A DNA stretch of 63,948 nt, the filler included, from Folioceros fuciformis (taxonomy: Eukaryota): NCBI GenBank assembly GCA_049999805.1. It is 9 parts of 9 records of this genome, joined end to end, with 100 filler letters (N's around TTAATTAATTAA, not from the genome) between each part and the next. Parts side by side here need not be neighbours in the genome. Positions count along the whole stretch, not along the records: positions 50,280 to 54,219 come from JBNGIO010003098.1; positions 54,320 to 58,962 come from JBNGIO010003102.1; positions 59,063 to 60,268 come from JBNGIO010003119.1; positions 60,369 to 63,948 come from JBNGIO010003125.1; 5 more parts are not named here. The stretch is one strand, 5' to 3'. The notes beneath the pieces are model-generated. The model saw only the letters and a list, made by a program, of their open reading frames with translations, made no database searches and was not told the origin of the DNA. Position 1 is the stretch's first letter. Each line of letters begins with the position of its first letter. The translations under genes and the position numbers were made by a program. Shown in pieces: positions 50,180 to 63,861 of the stretch.

Positions 50180-52099
50180 NNNNNNNNNNNNNNNNNNNNN
50201 NNNNNNNNNNNNNNNNNNNNNNNTTAATTAATTAANNNNNNNNNNNNNNNNNNNNNNNNNNNNNNNNNNNNNNNNNNNNATCCCCCCTTCATCAGCTCCA
50301 AAAGGGACATCATTGGCATGGATTTCTGGCTGGACTGGAGGATCCATGGCACTTGAGGAGCAGTGAAAACCAAAAACCAGAAACCAAGTCCTAACATGTT
50401 CATGTTATTTGCTAATACATTTTCAAGTGGATAGATCTCAGTGGTCAGAGAAGCAATCACTTGGTCAGAAAATCCAACACCCAAAAACTAAGACAAGAGC
50501 AAAGCAATCACCTGGTCAGAACACCCAAAAACTAAGATAGAGCATCTCCTCCAACCAAAAGATAAGCCGTAGAATAGATTTCAAAAGAGTATGTGGGCAA
50601 ACTCAGTTGCTGAGCCATGTAGCAGTAGGCAGTAGGCAGTCTTCCCAAAGGCACCAGGGGTAACAAGGAGTCAACCAAGGAGAGGGCTAAGGGATCAACA
50701 GGAGGGGGAGGGGATGCAAGCTAAGAGTGAAGGACCACCAAATTGTTCTAGGTATAAGAAGAGGAGAAGTTAAGACAAGCTATCATGGAGGTACAGATCC
50801 TAAGAACCAAGTGTTGCACAAGGAGTGCATCATGGGACATTCCTACTGGCTAGAACTTGGTGGCAAAGTACGTTAACAACTCCTTAGCATCTCAGGAGCC
50901 GTCAATTCCATCATTGCGCAACCTTAAAAAAATGAAGCCCTAACCTCCTTAGCATCTAAGAAGTCGTTAATTCCATCATTGCGCACCCTTAAAAAATTGA
51001 AAAATTGAAGCCCTAACCCGCTAGCTCGCAATTCAGTGTAAGCGATGCTTTTATCACATACATACATACCAAACTGTATGTATGTATATATGTATGTATG
51101 TACCCTCCACCAACCTGATATGCTTGAAATAATCCATACTAGGGTCACTGCTATGTGCAAATCCCTTAGCAAGATGCACACCACAACACCAAGATTTTTT
51201 TATCATGAGCATTGGGAGAAACTTATAATGAGGGGCAAGTGAGGGAGGGAATATCATAGCTTGGGCATGGACGAGTGGAAACCGTTGAAGCCGGAAGCAT
51301 TACGAGAATATCTTCCTTGACCACTCTAGCACTAGGGAAAGAGGTTCGTTCCAAAACCCTAGCAATAGTTTTGAACAACCTTGCTCCTTAGAAGCCATTA
51401 GCCACAAAGGTGCGGACCAACAGCAAAATCTCATGTACACCAGCCTCAGCCGTAGAACAAATATATGGCAAAGGAAAAACTTGTGAAACAATAACCTTGT
51501 ATGCTTGGGAGACAAATTTGTTGGACTCCAACCTAATTCCATGGTCAGCGGCAGGGACACTTGGCGTGATAGCCATTCTTAGCAAAAAAGAAAAGAAAAA
51601 GAAACCAAAGCTGGAAAGCATTTACCAGCATGTACATTCATATTTATTGTATATAATATAATATTTTTTTATATATTATAATATGCAAAATACCATACAT
51701 ACACATACATGGTATGAGTATGTATGTGTATATATACAAGCGATCATGGCTTGCCAATTGCCTCTTTTGAGGACTCACACATATTAACCTTGGCTTATGT
51801 ATGAGGTGAGAGGGTGACCTTGGATCATGTAGAGTGCTAGTATCAGCGCACTCATAAAGCCACAAACACACACGCATGGAGTTACAAACATGGGCTTGGT
51901 GTGGCTATAGGCACTCACCCAATATAAAAAATTCAGCCCAGAGATCTTGACATAGCACTGCCAATTTTCTTGCTCATCATCAAGTTATCAACAATACATG
52001 AATCAATGCATCACTTTAGAACAATTTGCAGGAATGTCCCAAGCACACCAAGCAAGTGGACATCCTGGCTTGTTGTACACACTTAGGGCGAGCTACTGG

Positions 52100-53587
52100 T
52101 GGGGCAGCCCCTGGTCTAATGGTTTTGGAGAGGGACCACCACATCTACCAACAGGACAGATACCTGGATGGAAGGCCCAAGAAGGGCAATTGGGAGGACG
52201 AGACATACAGCAGAAAAGAGGAGGTTAGAATGTCTCCATGGAGGGATCTGAAGGGGGACAAGGGACCCCCTGTCCAGGCAGAAGGAGGGTCTGCCGTGGT
52301 GACAGACAGGGTCAGCCCTGCACTCGACAGTTGGTGACCCAGGAGGTTAGAAGGTTTCTGGAGACAGGAGAAATGCCAGCTGGGTTGAGTAGGGAGGGGA
52401 GAGCAGTCTTCCTTCACAAGGCAGGTCCTTACTACTTGAGGAGAGGGGTGTTGTATAAGGTGGGACCTGACGAGAAGATCCGACGATGTTTGGAGCTTGG
52501 TGAGGTAACTGTGGTAACGCTAGCCGTACATGCTGAGGAGGCAGGAGGGCACTACTTGACACAGATTACTATTAAGAAGATTTTGGATGTGGGGTTTTGG
52601 TGGCCCACCATATAGAGGGATGTGTGGGAGTTTGTCAAGAGATGTGATGCTTGCCAAAGGGTGGGGAGACCAATAGCTACAACGCAGAGGCCACTTCACT
52701 ACGTGTTGCCACTTGCTCCTTTTGAAAAGTGGGGCATAGACTTTGTTGGCCCTATCCGTCCACCAACCAAGGGGGCAAGGAAGCTGTACATCTTGGTGGC
52801 GACGAACTATTGCACTAAGATGGTGGAGGCTGAAGCTACCAGGATAGATGATGCAGCCACAGTAGCCAAGTTCTTGTTTGAGAGGATCATCACGAGGTAT
52901 GGTTGTCCATTGGAACTAGTCAGTGATAGTGGACCTCATTTCTTGAATACTGTGATTTCTTCTCTAACAAGCTTCTTCAACATTTGACATCAGAGGACCA
53001 CTCCTTACAACCTCAAGGCGAATGGTCTAACAGAGAAGACAAATGGTTTGTTGGGGACCATTCTAACCAAGGTGATGGTCACACATGTACGATTGGGACA
53101 CTAAGCTGCACTCCATGCTGTGGGCATATAGGACTGCTGAGAAGGTCACGACCAAGAGGACACCTTATTATCTGACCTACGGTATGACTCCAGTCCTGCC
53201 CATTGAGTTTGAGGTCCCAACTTACAGGGTGATAGAGGATAGAAGGCTGATAGTGGAGGAGAGCCAGGAGGCTAGGTTAGAGGCCTTTGTGGGGTGTGAG
53301 GAAGATCGTGAAGAGGCCCTTGAGGAGACCTATAGGGTGCAAGAGGGTAGGAAGCGACGTCATGAGAGGAGGTTGAGGAAGCAAGAGTTCATACGGACGG
53401 GAGACCTAGCCTTACTGTATGACAGCAGGTACTTAGACTTTCCGTGAAAGTTAAGATTGAGATGCATGGGTCCTTACAGGGTGGAGGAAGTGTATACCAA
53501 CGGATCTATCCAATTGCGAGAACTGACTGGTGACCTTCTGACGACAAGGGTGAATGGTTGGAGCGTCAAGAAGTATTTTGAGCCTTA
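52100..53587 (+). mobile_element. Ty3/Gypsy integrase remnant with in-frame stops
   Basis: H..GGH..FWWPTI*..CDACQR zinc finger, WGIDFVGPI, ELVSDSGPHF, WAYRTA..TPYYLTYG, GPY motif (MGPYRVEEV). Confidence 0.9.
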
Positions 53588-54319
53588 GAGGGGGAGGCCC
53601 TCTTGTGTTTGCAAGGACGCAAACAGTTGAGGAGGGGAGTATGTGGAACATAGAATTTCGGGCCAGTGTTCTAGTTTTGGTACAATTTTTACAAATGCGG
53701 CTAGTATAGGGAAGGTTGGTTCCTTCCTAGTTGGTTTTGGTTCTATTTTCTATTTTTTTCAGCAGCTATATATGTGAGTGGGGTGTTCACGCATGGTAAG
53801 GAGAAGAATTTGTCTGAGGGATAAGAGTTTTGTGGATCTGTCAAGGGGGCAGAAGAGGTTTGGTAAGAGGTCTGGGTAGGGATCTGCCAAATCAGGTTGC
53901 ATGCAAGAACCCTAAGTCCTAGATTGCATGCCGGCACTCTAAGTCCCAAGTGGCATGCGAGAACTCCAAGTTCCTAGGTTGCATGCAACCACTCTAAGTC
54001 CCAAGTTGGCATCCCAAGTCCCAAGTCACCAGGTTGCAAGCACTCCAAGTTTCCATGCGACATGCGGCCACTCTAAGTCCTCAGGTGCTTGGGAGCTTAG
54101 AGCAAGTAGCCGTTTGTAAGCAAATGGACGGGTAGCAGGGATCTGTGAGTTGCAGGAGGCCGGGAGGCTACCACAGTGGAGAGGCAACGAGCTTGGACAG
54201 TGGAGAGGCAACGAGCTTGNNNNNNNNNNNNNNNNNNNNNNNNNNNNNNNNNNNNNNNNNNNNTTAATTAATTAANNNNNNNNNNNNNNNNNNNNNNNNN
54301 NNNNNNNNNNNNNNNNNNN

Positions 54320-54930
54320 CTCCAACAATGAACCTTGGGATGCGTGCTTACTCCAACAATGAACCTTGCGATGCGTGCTTACTCCAACAGTGAACCTTGG
54401 GATGTGTGCTTACTCCAACAATGAACCTTGCGATGCATGCTTACTCCAACAGTGAACCTTGGGATGTGTGCTTGCTACAACAATAAACCTTGAGATGCGT
54501 GCTTACCCCAACAATAAACCTTCCGATGCATGCTTACTCTAACAATGAAGCTTCGAATGCGTGTTTACTCCAACAATAAACCTTCGGGTTCGTGCGTACT
54601 CCAACAATGAACCTTGAGATGCGTGCTTACTCCAACACTGAACCTTGAGATGAGTGCTTGCTCTAACAATGAAGCTTCAGATGCGTGCTTACTCCAACAA
54701 TGAACCTTGAGATGGGTGTTTACTCCAACAATGAACCTTGAGATCAGTGTTTACTCTAACAATGAAGCTTTGGATGCGTGCTTACTCCAACAATGAACCT
54801 TGAGATGGGTGCTTACTCCAACAATGAACCTTGATATGAGTGTTTACTCTAACAATGAAGCTGCGGATGCATGCTTACTCCAACAATGAACCTTGAGATG
54901 AGTGCTTACTCCAACAATGAAGCTTTGGAT
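54320..54930. repeat. 31-bp satellite, ~20 units, running into a gap
   Basis: Unit tgcttactccaacaatgaaccttgagatgcg, contiguous with no spacers. Confidence 0.95.
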
Positions 54931-54953
54931 GCTACGATGCACCCATCCAAGTA

Positions 54954-56083
54954 CAATTGACCCTCTCTAAATGTGACCTTCCTAAATGTTATACCTCTAC
55001 AAATATTATGGGTAAATGTCACCTTCCTAAATGTTATACCTCTACAAATATTATGGGTAAATATCACCTTCCTAAATGTTATACCTCTACAAATATTATG
55101 GGTTTGAGTACTCCCTAGTTTGGGAGTAAGGTTAAATGTTATTTTTCTGTAAATGTTATATGTTACTTGTTTCATGAGAATAGGTACTCCCAATCGCTAC
55201 AGTCCAATCCTATAAATGTTATTTTATTTTTATTTTAATATAAATAATATATAAATAAAATTATATATAAATTATTCTTAAAATAACATGAATATTATAG
55301 CTATCTAACTTATCCAATCACTATTCGGGACTTGGACACTTGAGATGGGCCCAAAGAGAAAGGAAAGGAGAAAAAAAAGGAGGAGGGAGAGAGAGGAAGG
55401 GAGAAGAGAGTAAGAAAGGGAAGAAAGAGAGAGCAAGAGAAGAAAAAAGATTGATCCTTATTATGTTTGCACAAGGAATTGTTGATTACGAAGTGACAAA
55501 TGCATGTACTATCTTTTCTACTTCATCCTTATTATGTTTGCACAAGGAATTGTTGATGACGAGGTGACAAATGCATGTACTATCTTTTCTACTTCATCCT
55601 TATTATGTTTGCACAAGGAATTGTTGATTACGAGGTGACAAATGCATGTACTATCTTTTCTACTTCATATGCAGATGATATAGGTTCTGTTCAGCCTACA
55701 CCTGAAAATGAAGTTACCGATGTTGAAATTATTTTGAAGAATATTATAAAAAAAAGGCCAAATTGAGAAAAAAGTTTTAAAGTATGTTAGGTCCACTTTG
55801 AAATAAGGAGAAATAACCCGTTTTTATTAAACCAATTTCAAGTTCACTTCTTATTTTATTTATTACGAAGTTATAATAATAGTAAGAATTATATTTTTTT
55901 ATATTTATATATTTAATAAAATATTTAATAAATAGATCATAATATCTAAAATGTATTTTATATTTTCAATAAAATTTAAATATTTTATTTTTGATAAATA
56001 GTTAAATTCTCTAATTATTAGACCTCTCTAAATGTTACCCAATGCCCTACTCCATACAGGTAATATTTAGGGAGGGTAGACTA
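54954..56083. mobile_element. Non-autonomous Tc1/mariner (pogo-like) TIR element
   Basis: Left end TA|CAATTGACCCTCTCTAAATGTGACCT versus right-end reverse complement TA|TAGTCTACCCTCCCTAAATATTACCT (19/26 identical). TA flanks; subterminal 45-bp repeats containing cctaaatgtta. Confidence 0.55.
55454..55667. repeat. ~71-bp tandem repeat, 3 units
   Basis: atccttattatgtttgcacaaggaattgttgat.acga.gtgacaaatgcatgtactatcttttctacttc repeated three times. Confidence 0.85.
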
Positions 56084-57133
56084 TATGTTTAAAGGTGGAG
56101 TCCCAATGAACTAACAACTGCATATCCCTTGTTCCTTGCAGGGAAAGAGTTCTGTGATTTGCTTGTTCACGCACAACCTTATGTCACCTCTCATGGGTGG
56201 ATGCCATTATTAATCCTCAGCTTGAAGAAATGATTGAATGTTCCGGCATAGCCCCTTGTTCTCTCTTATTTCATACTCGATAAAATAGTATGGTTGCATT
56301 ATTGTCTACACGCCATTGAGCTAGCACAGAGCAGGGACCTCCTGCGGTCATGAATGCCAGACTGATCAAGGGCGTTGTAGCGAAGGGACACTCCAACGGC
56401 TACGTCTCAATCTCCGTAGTGATGAATGATTCACTCATGCGAAATCCTGCATGGCATTGTCATGCCCCGTCCATCCAAAGAACTTCATACGCCTAAGGCT
56501 AGCCAACTCACATATAGTTTTGCCGCGATGCATTGTGCCATAACCCTAAACGTGGTAGGCCTCCCTCTTCCCCCTAACTCTCTTCCTCTCCTCCCGCCCT
56601 CATTTTATGTCTACCCGCTCAAAAAGCATAAGGAGAACGTTGAGATTTCGATTTCCTCACTTCGCTGCTGGGCTTTTGATGGGAGAGGATTACTCAAATT
56701 CATTTTTTTGTGTTTTCACTTCCATTGAAGTTAGAATTCTACATGTTCATATTAGGTTTCATACTCTTCTACAAATACAAAGTGTAACCCACATTTCCTA
56801 CCATGTACATATATCGTCACAAATCAGGCAATGGCGCTTGGGCTCATAATGAGTCCTGCTAGCCTCGTTCAAATGATCGAGCTTTCTCAATTGAAATGTA
56901 AACCCACTACTTCCTGCTGCCAACCATGCTTCAGTCGAGTTCTGCCCACAAAAGCAAGCGTGTTGCATTCCATGGACTGCTTGGGCAATTCTCCATTGAC
57001 AATCTAACCTGGCAGCACATTTTAGACCTTCTCTTGAAACAAATTTGCAGTCTATTTATGGAATATAGGCAATCTTAAAATCAATTCTTTCCAGCCCGAC
57101 CCCTTTCCCATCCTTCCTCTTCCCGGTCCGATC

Positions 57134-58260
57134 TTGGCCTCCCTCAAAAGCCTGAACCCCTTTGTGTGCCAATTCCTTCCGCTACCCGAAGTTGGCACTG
57201 CCGACCCTTCACGCCTGATCCCAAACACACCCCGATATGGCTACGGGCGGAGCCCCTCAACAAGTGGATTTACTAGGCCTAACAGCGGCCATGGTCTGAG
57301 CACAAGCAGATATGGTGGATCAGGCCGCACTGATGCTTACCTGGCTGAGTATGCAGGGACAGCGAGAAGAGGAGGCATAGGCCAAGTTGATTGAAGCGGA
57401 GGCAAGGCGGGAACAATTAGAGGAAGCCCAACAGGCCTTGAGCATAGTGAAAGCGCAAGAGGAATTACGTCGGGCCCAAGAAGAAGTGCAAGCGATGAAG
57501 GATCAGCAGGAACTACTCTTGACTCAAGTTAAGGAAGTACATAGAGCGAATCAAGAAATGCAGCAAGAGTTGCTGCGGGCGCAGGAGCAGGAGATAGCCA
57601 TGGTGGAAAAGGTCTAGAAGCTCACGGACCATTACAAACGGGAACGGGATGAGGCTCGGAGCCGAGTCAAGGGGAGAGGGAAGGTCAAATGGAGCAGCAG
57701 GTCTACGACCGAGGTAGCGGAAGCCGCTACCGATCGGAGAGAAACCACGCCAGTAGAAGAAAGCCCTACCAAGATCGGGGAAGCAGCAACAGTCGTGGAA
57801 CTAGCAACCAGTGGTTGGAATGCCTACCCGCGCCAGGAGGACCGGACTGGAGACGGCGGCAACTAGAGGGACAGAGGGCTCCCCAGCACCCTTAGAAAGC
57901 AAAAGACAGATAGTCACGGGTACCCCGACTTGGTCAACCTTGCTCCTACCTCACCCCGACTTGGAGAACCTTGCTCCTACCTCACCTCGACTTGGTCAAC
58001 CTTGCTCTTACCTCACCTCGACTTGGTCAACCTTGCTCTTACCTCACCTCGACTTGGTCAACCTTGCTCCTACCTCACCCCGACTTGGTCAACCTTGCTC
58101 CTACCTCAAAACTTTGAGACCCAAGGAGGTCTTGAGTATAAATACCCCGGCCCATTCCCAATCTAAGCCGCTTTCACACCCATCTTACCAAAAAAACAAA
58201 AAAACACCAAGTCTCACACTTGGTCAAGGGATTTCTAAACATTTTTTCATTTACACCTAA
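57134..58260 (+). mobile_element. Probable LTR-element relic: broken coiled-coil ORF, 33-bp array (57925-58107) and TATA-bearing LTR-like tail
   Basis: EAEARREQLEEAQQAL.. with stops; cgacttggtcaaccttgctcctacctcacc repeated ~5.5 times; tataaatacc at ~58137. Confidence 0.45.
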
Positions 58261-59616
58261 GCACAAAGGAACCAAGTCCAAACTTCCTAGACTAAGTTAG
58301 ACCTCTTGCCAAACTTTTCATAAGTCAAGCAAATAAGTTGCATAGGTTAGTAGATGTATTGAGTGGCAATCTTAAAAACCCATAGCATCTGTACAACACA
58401 TCTAGATTAGAACTTAGAGAGGATATTCCAATGGATGTAGAATAATGGAATGATTGAGATAATGTTTACCCTTATCGAGATAAAGCCATTCTTTAAGGCT
58501 ATATATGTATGCATGGTTCATCATTCTAAATGTGCTCAACTAGATATTGATCTTGGGTTTCACTATTTCACTATTTTCTAACAAATCAATCTAATCCCTA
58601 GGACTGCAAAACAAAGGTGAGGCCCCCTTAAGTACAAAACAAAGATGAGGCCTCTATGACGTTCCAATCCTCAAAAACCATGGCAATCAATTCCGAGACC
58701 GAGGCTATACATACAAAGCAACAGATGATGCTACCGACCGAGTACACAACACGACTTGAGGATATGTTTTTTCGTACCAACACACCCCACCCCCTTCAAC
58801 TTTGTCCTTGAAGTTTTGAAGTCTTGAAAAGCAGGTTGTTCCATGGTCATCATTAGATTATATCTTCCAGCTGTATGCTGTATGCTGTATACTAACTCAT
58901 GTATGGTCCGTGGCTGGATGATTTTGGCAGCCTTTTCGGAGTGTATGCAAAAATCAGGAGCANNNNNNNNNNNNNNNNNNNNNNNNNNNNNNNNNNNNNN
59001 NNNNNNTTAATTAATTAANNNNNNNNNNNNNNNNNNNNNNNNNNNNNNNNNNNNNNNNNNNNAGATTGCTGGAATGATGCGTGCGATGGATCTTGGCCAA
59101 GGATTTTCCACAGAATTCTTGCCAGCGAGCGGAGATTCCATCCTGTGACCCTGCTTCCGCTGGCGGGGAGCGCTGGAGACGCGAAGCGGTGCGCATCGTC
59201 AGCAGTGGCTCTTGGCGTAGATTCAAAACGTCACAATTGCATTGCTGACTCTTGGCCTGCTTGCATCTCTTTGCTTTTGTTTGGTCCATCAACTGACATG
59301 TCTGTTCACAAGACTAAGAAGTGTCGGTTAGAAACCCTAACTAAAGAACTCAAACGATACTTTTGGAAAGTTGTGTCTTTTTTTTTTACACTTACACCTT
59401 TTCGCATCCAGGAAGTCAGATGCGGGAGCTAGCCTGTTAGGGACTGAATACATCTGTATCCATCCCCTCCTAGGCTGTCCCCCTCAACTATCCCCCTGGA
59501 CACGCATCGTTAGTATCACATGAGTATCATTTAGGATTAAATACATCGGAGCATAACTAACCTAGTTATTTTTCCTTTCAAGCCATAGTTTTGAAAGGGA
59601 CCTAGCCATTTTACGC

Positions 59617-62600
59617 ATGTTCGATACCGATAGCGCACATAGTGCATCTGATATCAACTTAGGTGTAGTCTTAGATCACTCCGATCATAGCTCCACTTCA
59701 TCGAAGGGGGAAGAAGACCTGCAGGCTGCCGATATATCCTATTTCTGGAATTGTCTGCCACTCGTACCAGTCACAAGTAGACAAACCATGGCTACAGGTC
59801 CTTCTTTCACATCAGAATTGAAAGAAAAGGATAGGTTCAATGGAAAGCTGTACCATGTGTGGAAAGTACGCATGAAAGCTCTCCTGATAGCCCGAGGAGT
59901 CTGGAGTGTTGTGGGTGGAAGTTTTGTAGAACCGGACCCTCAAACTGGCAGCCAAGCAGATAAAGACAGGTGGACAGCTCTCAACGAAGTAGCTGTAGCT
60001 GTCATCATCAATGGCTTGGATTCACTCCTTGTTCCTAACGTTGAGTACCTGACAAAGGGTATAGAGATCTGGAATCAACTCGGCAAAACCTATCAGGTTA
60101 CTAACATCATGACCAAGTGTGTTGTGTGGCAAGAATTTTACGCTCTAAGGATGAGAGACGGAGATAAAGTGGGAGGTTTTACCAGCAAATTTCGCCACCT
60201 CCGTGCTCAGCTTGCTTCCTACAATTATAAGATTGAGGAAGAACACGCTGTGGTCCAGCTGTTGAGCANNNNNNNNNNNNNNNNNNNNNNNNNNNNNNNN
60301 NNNNNNNNNNNNTTAATTAATTAANNNNNNNNNNNNNNNNNNNNNNNNNNNNNNNNNNNNNNNNNNNNTGGCCTATGCCACTTATATTCAGAATCGGATA
60401 GCTCACAGCAGTGTGCCGGAGAAAACTCCATACGAGCTATGGACGGGAAGGAGACCAAATGTATCTCGTATGCAAGTTTTTGGCTCCATAGTCTATGCAT
60501 AGGTCCATAAACACATTCGCAAGAAATTCGAGCCTAAATCGAAGGAATGGATTTTTGTGGGCTTTACCGAAGGCATTAAGGGTTACAAGCTGCTGAACAG
60601 ACAAACAAGGAACACGACACATTCACAAGATGTGGTGTTTGTTGAAGGAGCTGAGCCTGACCACACAGTGGGAGAAGAAGCCAGCTTAGAGTGGGATAAT
60701 GAGGAAGAAGACTCCTCAGAAGACCAAGAGGAGTTTCTCATCGGTGACCTGCAGGTAGCGTTGCCTGCACCACAACAACAAGGTCAGTAGCAGCAGGTGC
60801 CTACACCTGTACCTATACAAGCATGAGCAATCCCACAGCAACCAGCAGCAGCTAACCTGAGACCCATCCTTCGGACACCTGCAAAGACTCCAGGGAGAGC
60901 AGTACGGAATCGGACATTGTATGAGTCTCCGATCAGCCATGTGTCCTTCGACATGGACGTGATGCAGGCAGCTGAGGAAGTAGAAAGTCAGCAACAAACT
61001 GCCCAGCAAAGAAGAAAGCAAAAGCACGCTCACCTGGAGCCAAGGTCTTCATCAAGGGTTCGGAAGCCTCCAAACTTTTGGGAACCTGATGACTTCAGAC
61101 ACCCAAAGTCACATCTTACGTATTGCCTAGCAGCATATTTGAAGGCTTTTGAGCCACATACCTATGAGGAAGCATTAGCATGCCCGGATGCAAAGTTATG
61201 GCAAAAGGCCATCGACTCTGAGCTAGCCTCATTGTATGAGAATAAAACCTGGTCCCTAACAAGCCTACCTGCACATTGCAAGGCTGTCGGGTCCAAGTGG
61301 GTATTCAAGCTCAAACTGAGGGCAGATGGTAGTATAGAGAGATACAAAGCAAGGGTGGTGGCAAAGGGGTACTCACAAATCCCCGAAGTCGACTACGAGG
61401 ACACATTCAGCCCCGTAGTCAAGCTAACAACTCTAAGATTGTTCATAGCACTAGCAGCAGTGGGAGACTACGAACTGGAGCAATTAGATGTTACCACCGC
61501 CTTCTTGTATGGCAATCTCCAAGAGGAGATTTATATGACTGTGCCTTCAGGAGTGGACATCCCTGGCAGCCTGCGAAATCCAGTCTGCAAGCTGCACAAA
61601 TCTTTGTGCGGGCTCCAGCAGAGCCCAAGGGCCTGGTACTCGCGCATAGACAGCTACTTGAAGTCAATTGCCTATGCAAACATTAACGCTAACAGCAATG
61701 TGTATATAAAGCGAGAAAGAACGGAGTTTCTGGCACTTGCCATATATGTCGACGACATTATAATCATGAGCAACTCCGTTCGTATGATTGAGGGCCTGAG
61801 ACAGCAGCTGAGCAAAGCATTCAAAATAACTGCAGGAGGACCACTGGCATTCTGCCTTGGCATGCAGCTGCTTCGAAATCGCAAAGATGGCACAGTCTTC
61901 CTACACCAAACGAAGTATGCACAGGAGATTCTAGTTAGATATGGGATGAGTAGCTGCAAACCTATCTCCACTCCTGTTGAGCAAAATACCAAGTACTATG
62001 CACAGGTAGGAGACATACCTGCAGGGGATGTGGAGAAAGTGCAGCAGTACCCTTCTAGAAATGGAAGTATTATGCATCTAATGATAGGGTCTCATCAAGA
62101 CCTTGCATTCAGCTCTGGACTGACCTCGAGGTTCGTGTCCAATCCAAACCTGCACCACAACAACCTCCTGGACAGACTGTACAGATACATAGCAGCAACC
62201 TATGACTGGGGCATTCTATACAGCTCGAAATCCAAGGATGCATTGCAGTTAGTAGCGTACAGCGACGTAGACTGGGCCAGTGACCCTGACAGCAGGAAAA
62301 GCATCTCAAGTTATGTTACCTTGCTTGCTGGAGGTGCTGTGGGCTAGAGCAGTAGAAGGCAGAACACAATCGCGCTCTCCTCGACAGAGGCCGAGTACAA
62401 GAGCCTGACGGAGGCCTGCAAAGAGGTGACATGGACAGTCGGAGCCCTGCAGGAGCTAGGAGTAGAACAAAGATTGCCGGTCAGCCTCTTCTGTGACAAT
62501 CAAAGCACGATCGCCCTCAGCATGAATCCCAGGTATCATGCGAGGATGAAACATATAGAAATCCAGCACCACTACATCAGGGAAGTAGTAGTAGTTGGAA

Positions 62601-63004
62601 TTGCTGAGATTGTCTACTGTCCGACGGAGGAAATGACAGCTGATATCCTGACTAAGGGACTTGGCCGCATCAAGCACTACCAGCATGCCGGCGGCCTTGG
62701 ACTGCACGCTGCAGGAGAACACATCAAGTGGAGCAGGGTGCCCGATCGGCAGCTCAAACGAGCACGGGCACAGCCAGGCGAGGACGGAAGCACGAGCATA
62801 TGGAGCGCAATCGAAGAATGAGCCGCAAAACTGCTAGCCTGAGAGAGCGGGCATAAGGCTTAGGTTTTTCCTAAGTTTCTTTTAAATATGCTACCATGCC
62901 GTTTCGATCATTAGTTGATTCGAAGCGTTTCGTTATTAGATAGTAAACAATAAACAATATATATAAAAATGAATATAGGACTAGCCCTCTCACCTGAGTG
63001 GGAG
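59617..63004 (+). mobile_element. Second Ty1/Copia element (gag, gap, integrase end, RT, RNase H, PPT), disrupted
   Basis: KEKDRFNGKLYHVW gag; KTPYELWTG; KARVVAKGYSQ, LDVTTAFLYG, IYVDDI; YSDVDWA, STEAEY, CDNQS, KHIEIQHH, ADILTK; purine tract gagtgggag followed by TGTTAG at 63005. Confidence 0.93.
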
Positions 63005-63111
63005 TGTTAGGGTAGGTTATGTCTACTAACCCAGAGAGACAGGCTTAGGGCTAGACGGTTAGGAAACCCTAACTGTCACCGCATCAAGGTCACGAGACCG
63101 CGGCGCTGTGT

Positions 63112-63861
63112 TCACCTTTTCTTTATGCTAATACAATGGCGCGCCTTTTGCTTCTGATCCTTATCAGCTCTATGTCCTGGGTCCTTACAGATCTGGCAGA
63201 ATGGTACAAACCCAATATGTCGACGCGGTTCTTGACAATCCATTGCATAATGACCTATCATCCCACAATTGTAACATCCTCCTGGAGGAATAGTTAGAGG
63301 TCTCTGCGATGGATCAAGCCTCCATGATCCGGGTGAAGATGGTCTCCCATACCTCATTGCAGGAGGTGCTGCCGGCTGGAAAGATGGCCTCAATGACTGC
63401 GGAAAGCAAGGGGCTGTCACAGCCTGCACTTGGTAAGAATCATCCACATACCAATAGTCACCTAGCATGTAAGCTTCCACCTGATTGACAGCATGTCTTG
63501 GTGCTCTAGCACACTCCCTATTGGTATGACCTACTTGTTGACAAATTGAGCAATATACCCCGTGCCTCCCAGGAGATGGTGATCTCCTTGGTGCTTGGTT
63601 ACAAATAGTCTTCACCTCCAGCTCTACCAAACGCTTGGTCAATGCCTCAATCTTGTCCTTCGCAACACTTCCGCCCATAGGTAAGACGGCTCTCTCCATC
63701 CTATAAGATCCCTTTCCTCTCCTATCCTTCTCAGCTGACCTCTCAGCCTCTTCGTGACGTCTCTTACAAACTCTATCCAGATCCTTCTTGATCCTCCTTT
63801 CATAGCCACGATCCAACTCCTCGTCAGAATACCCATTTGACCCATAGCTGTCAAGTTCCAC
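63112..63861 (-). mobile_element. Retrotransposon gag-like fragment with three CCHC-type zinc knuckles
   Basis: CSICQQVGHTNREC, CYNCGMIGHYAMDC and CQICKDPGH (truncated), preceded by a coiled coil (IEALTKRLVELEV). Confidence 0.75.

Noticed and set aside
51055-51100. Hairpin formed by catacatac / gtatgtatg as a possible miRNA
   Set aside because: It is a low-complexity microsatellite inversion; a similar one lies at ~51695-51735.
54320-54930. CRISPR-like regular ~31-bp repeats
   Set aside because: Units abut directly with no unique spacers, there are no cas genes, and the context is eukaryotic. It is a satellite.
56090-57070. Possible decayed gene or transposase (CLIC motif on the - strand)
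   Set aside because: No sustained frame or recognisable domain; insufficient evidence.
59434-59600. TGTTAGGG as the 5' LTR of the second Copia
   Set aside because: It matches 63005 for only 8 bp and no PBS is recognisable, so an LTR pair cannot be supported.
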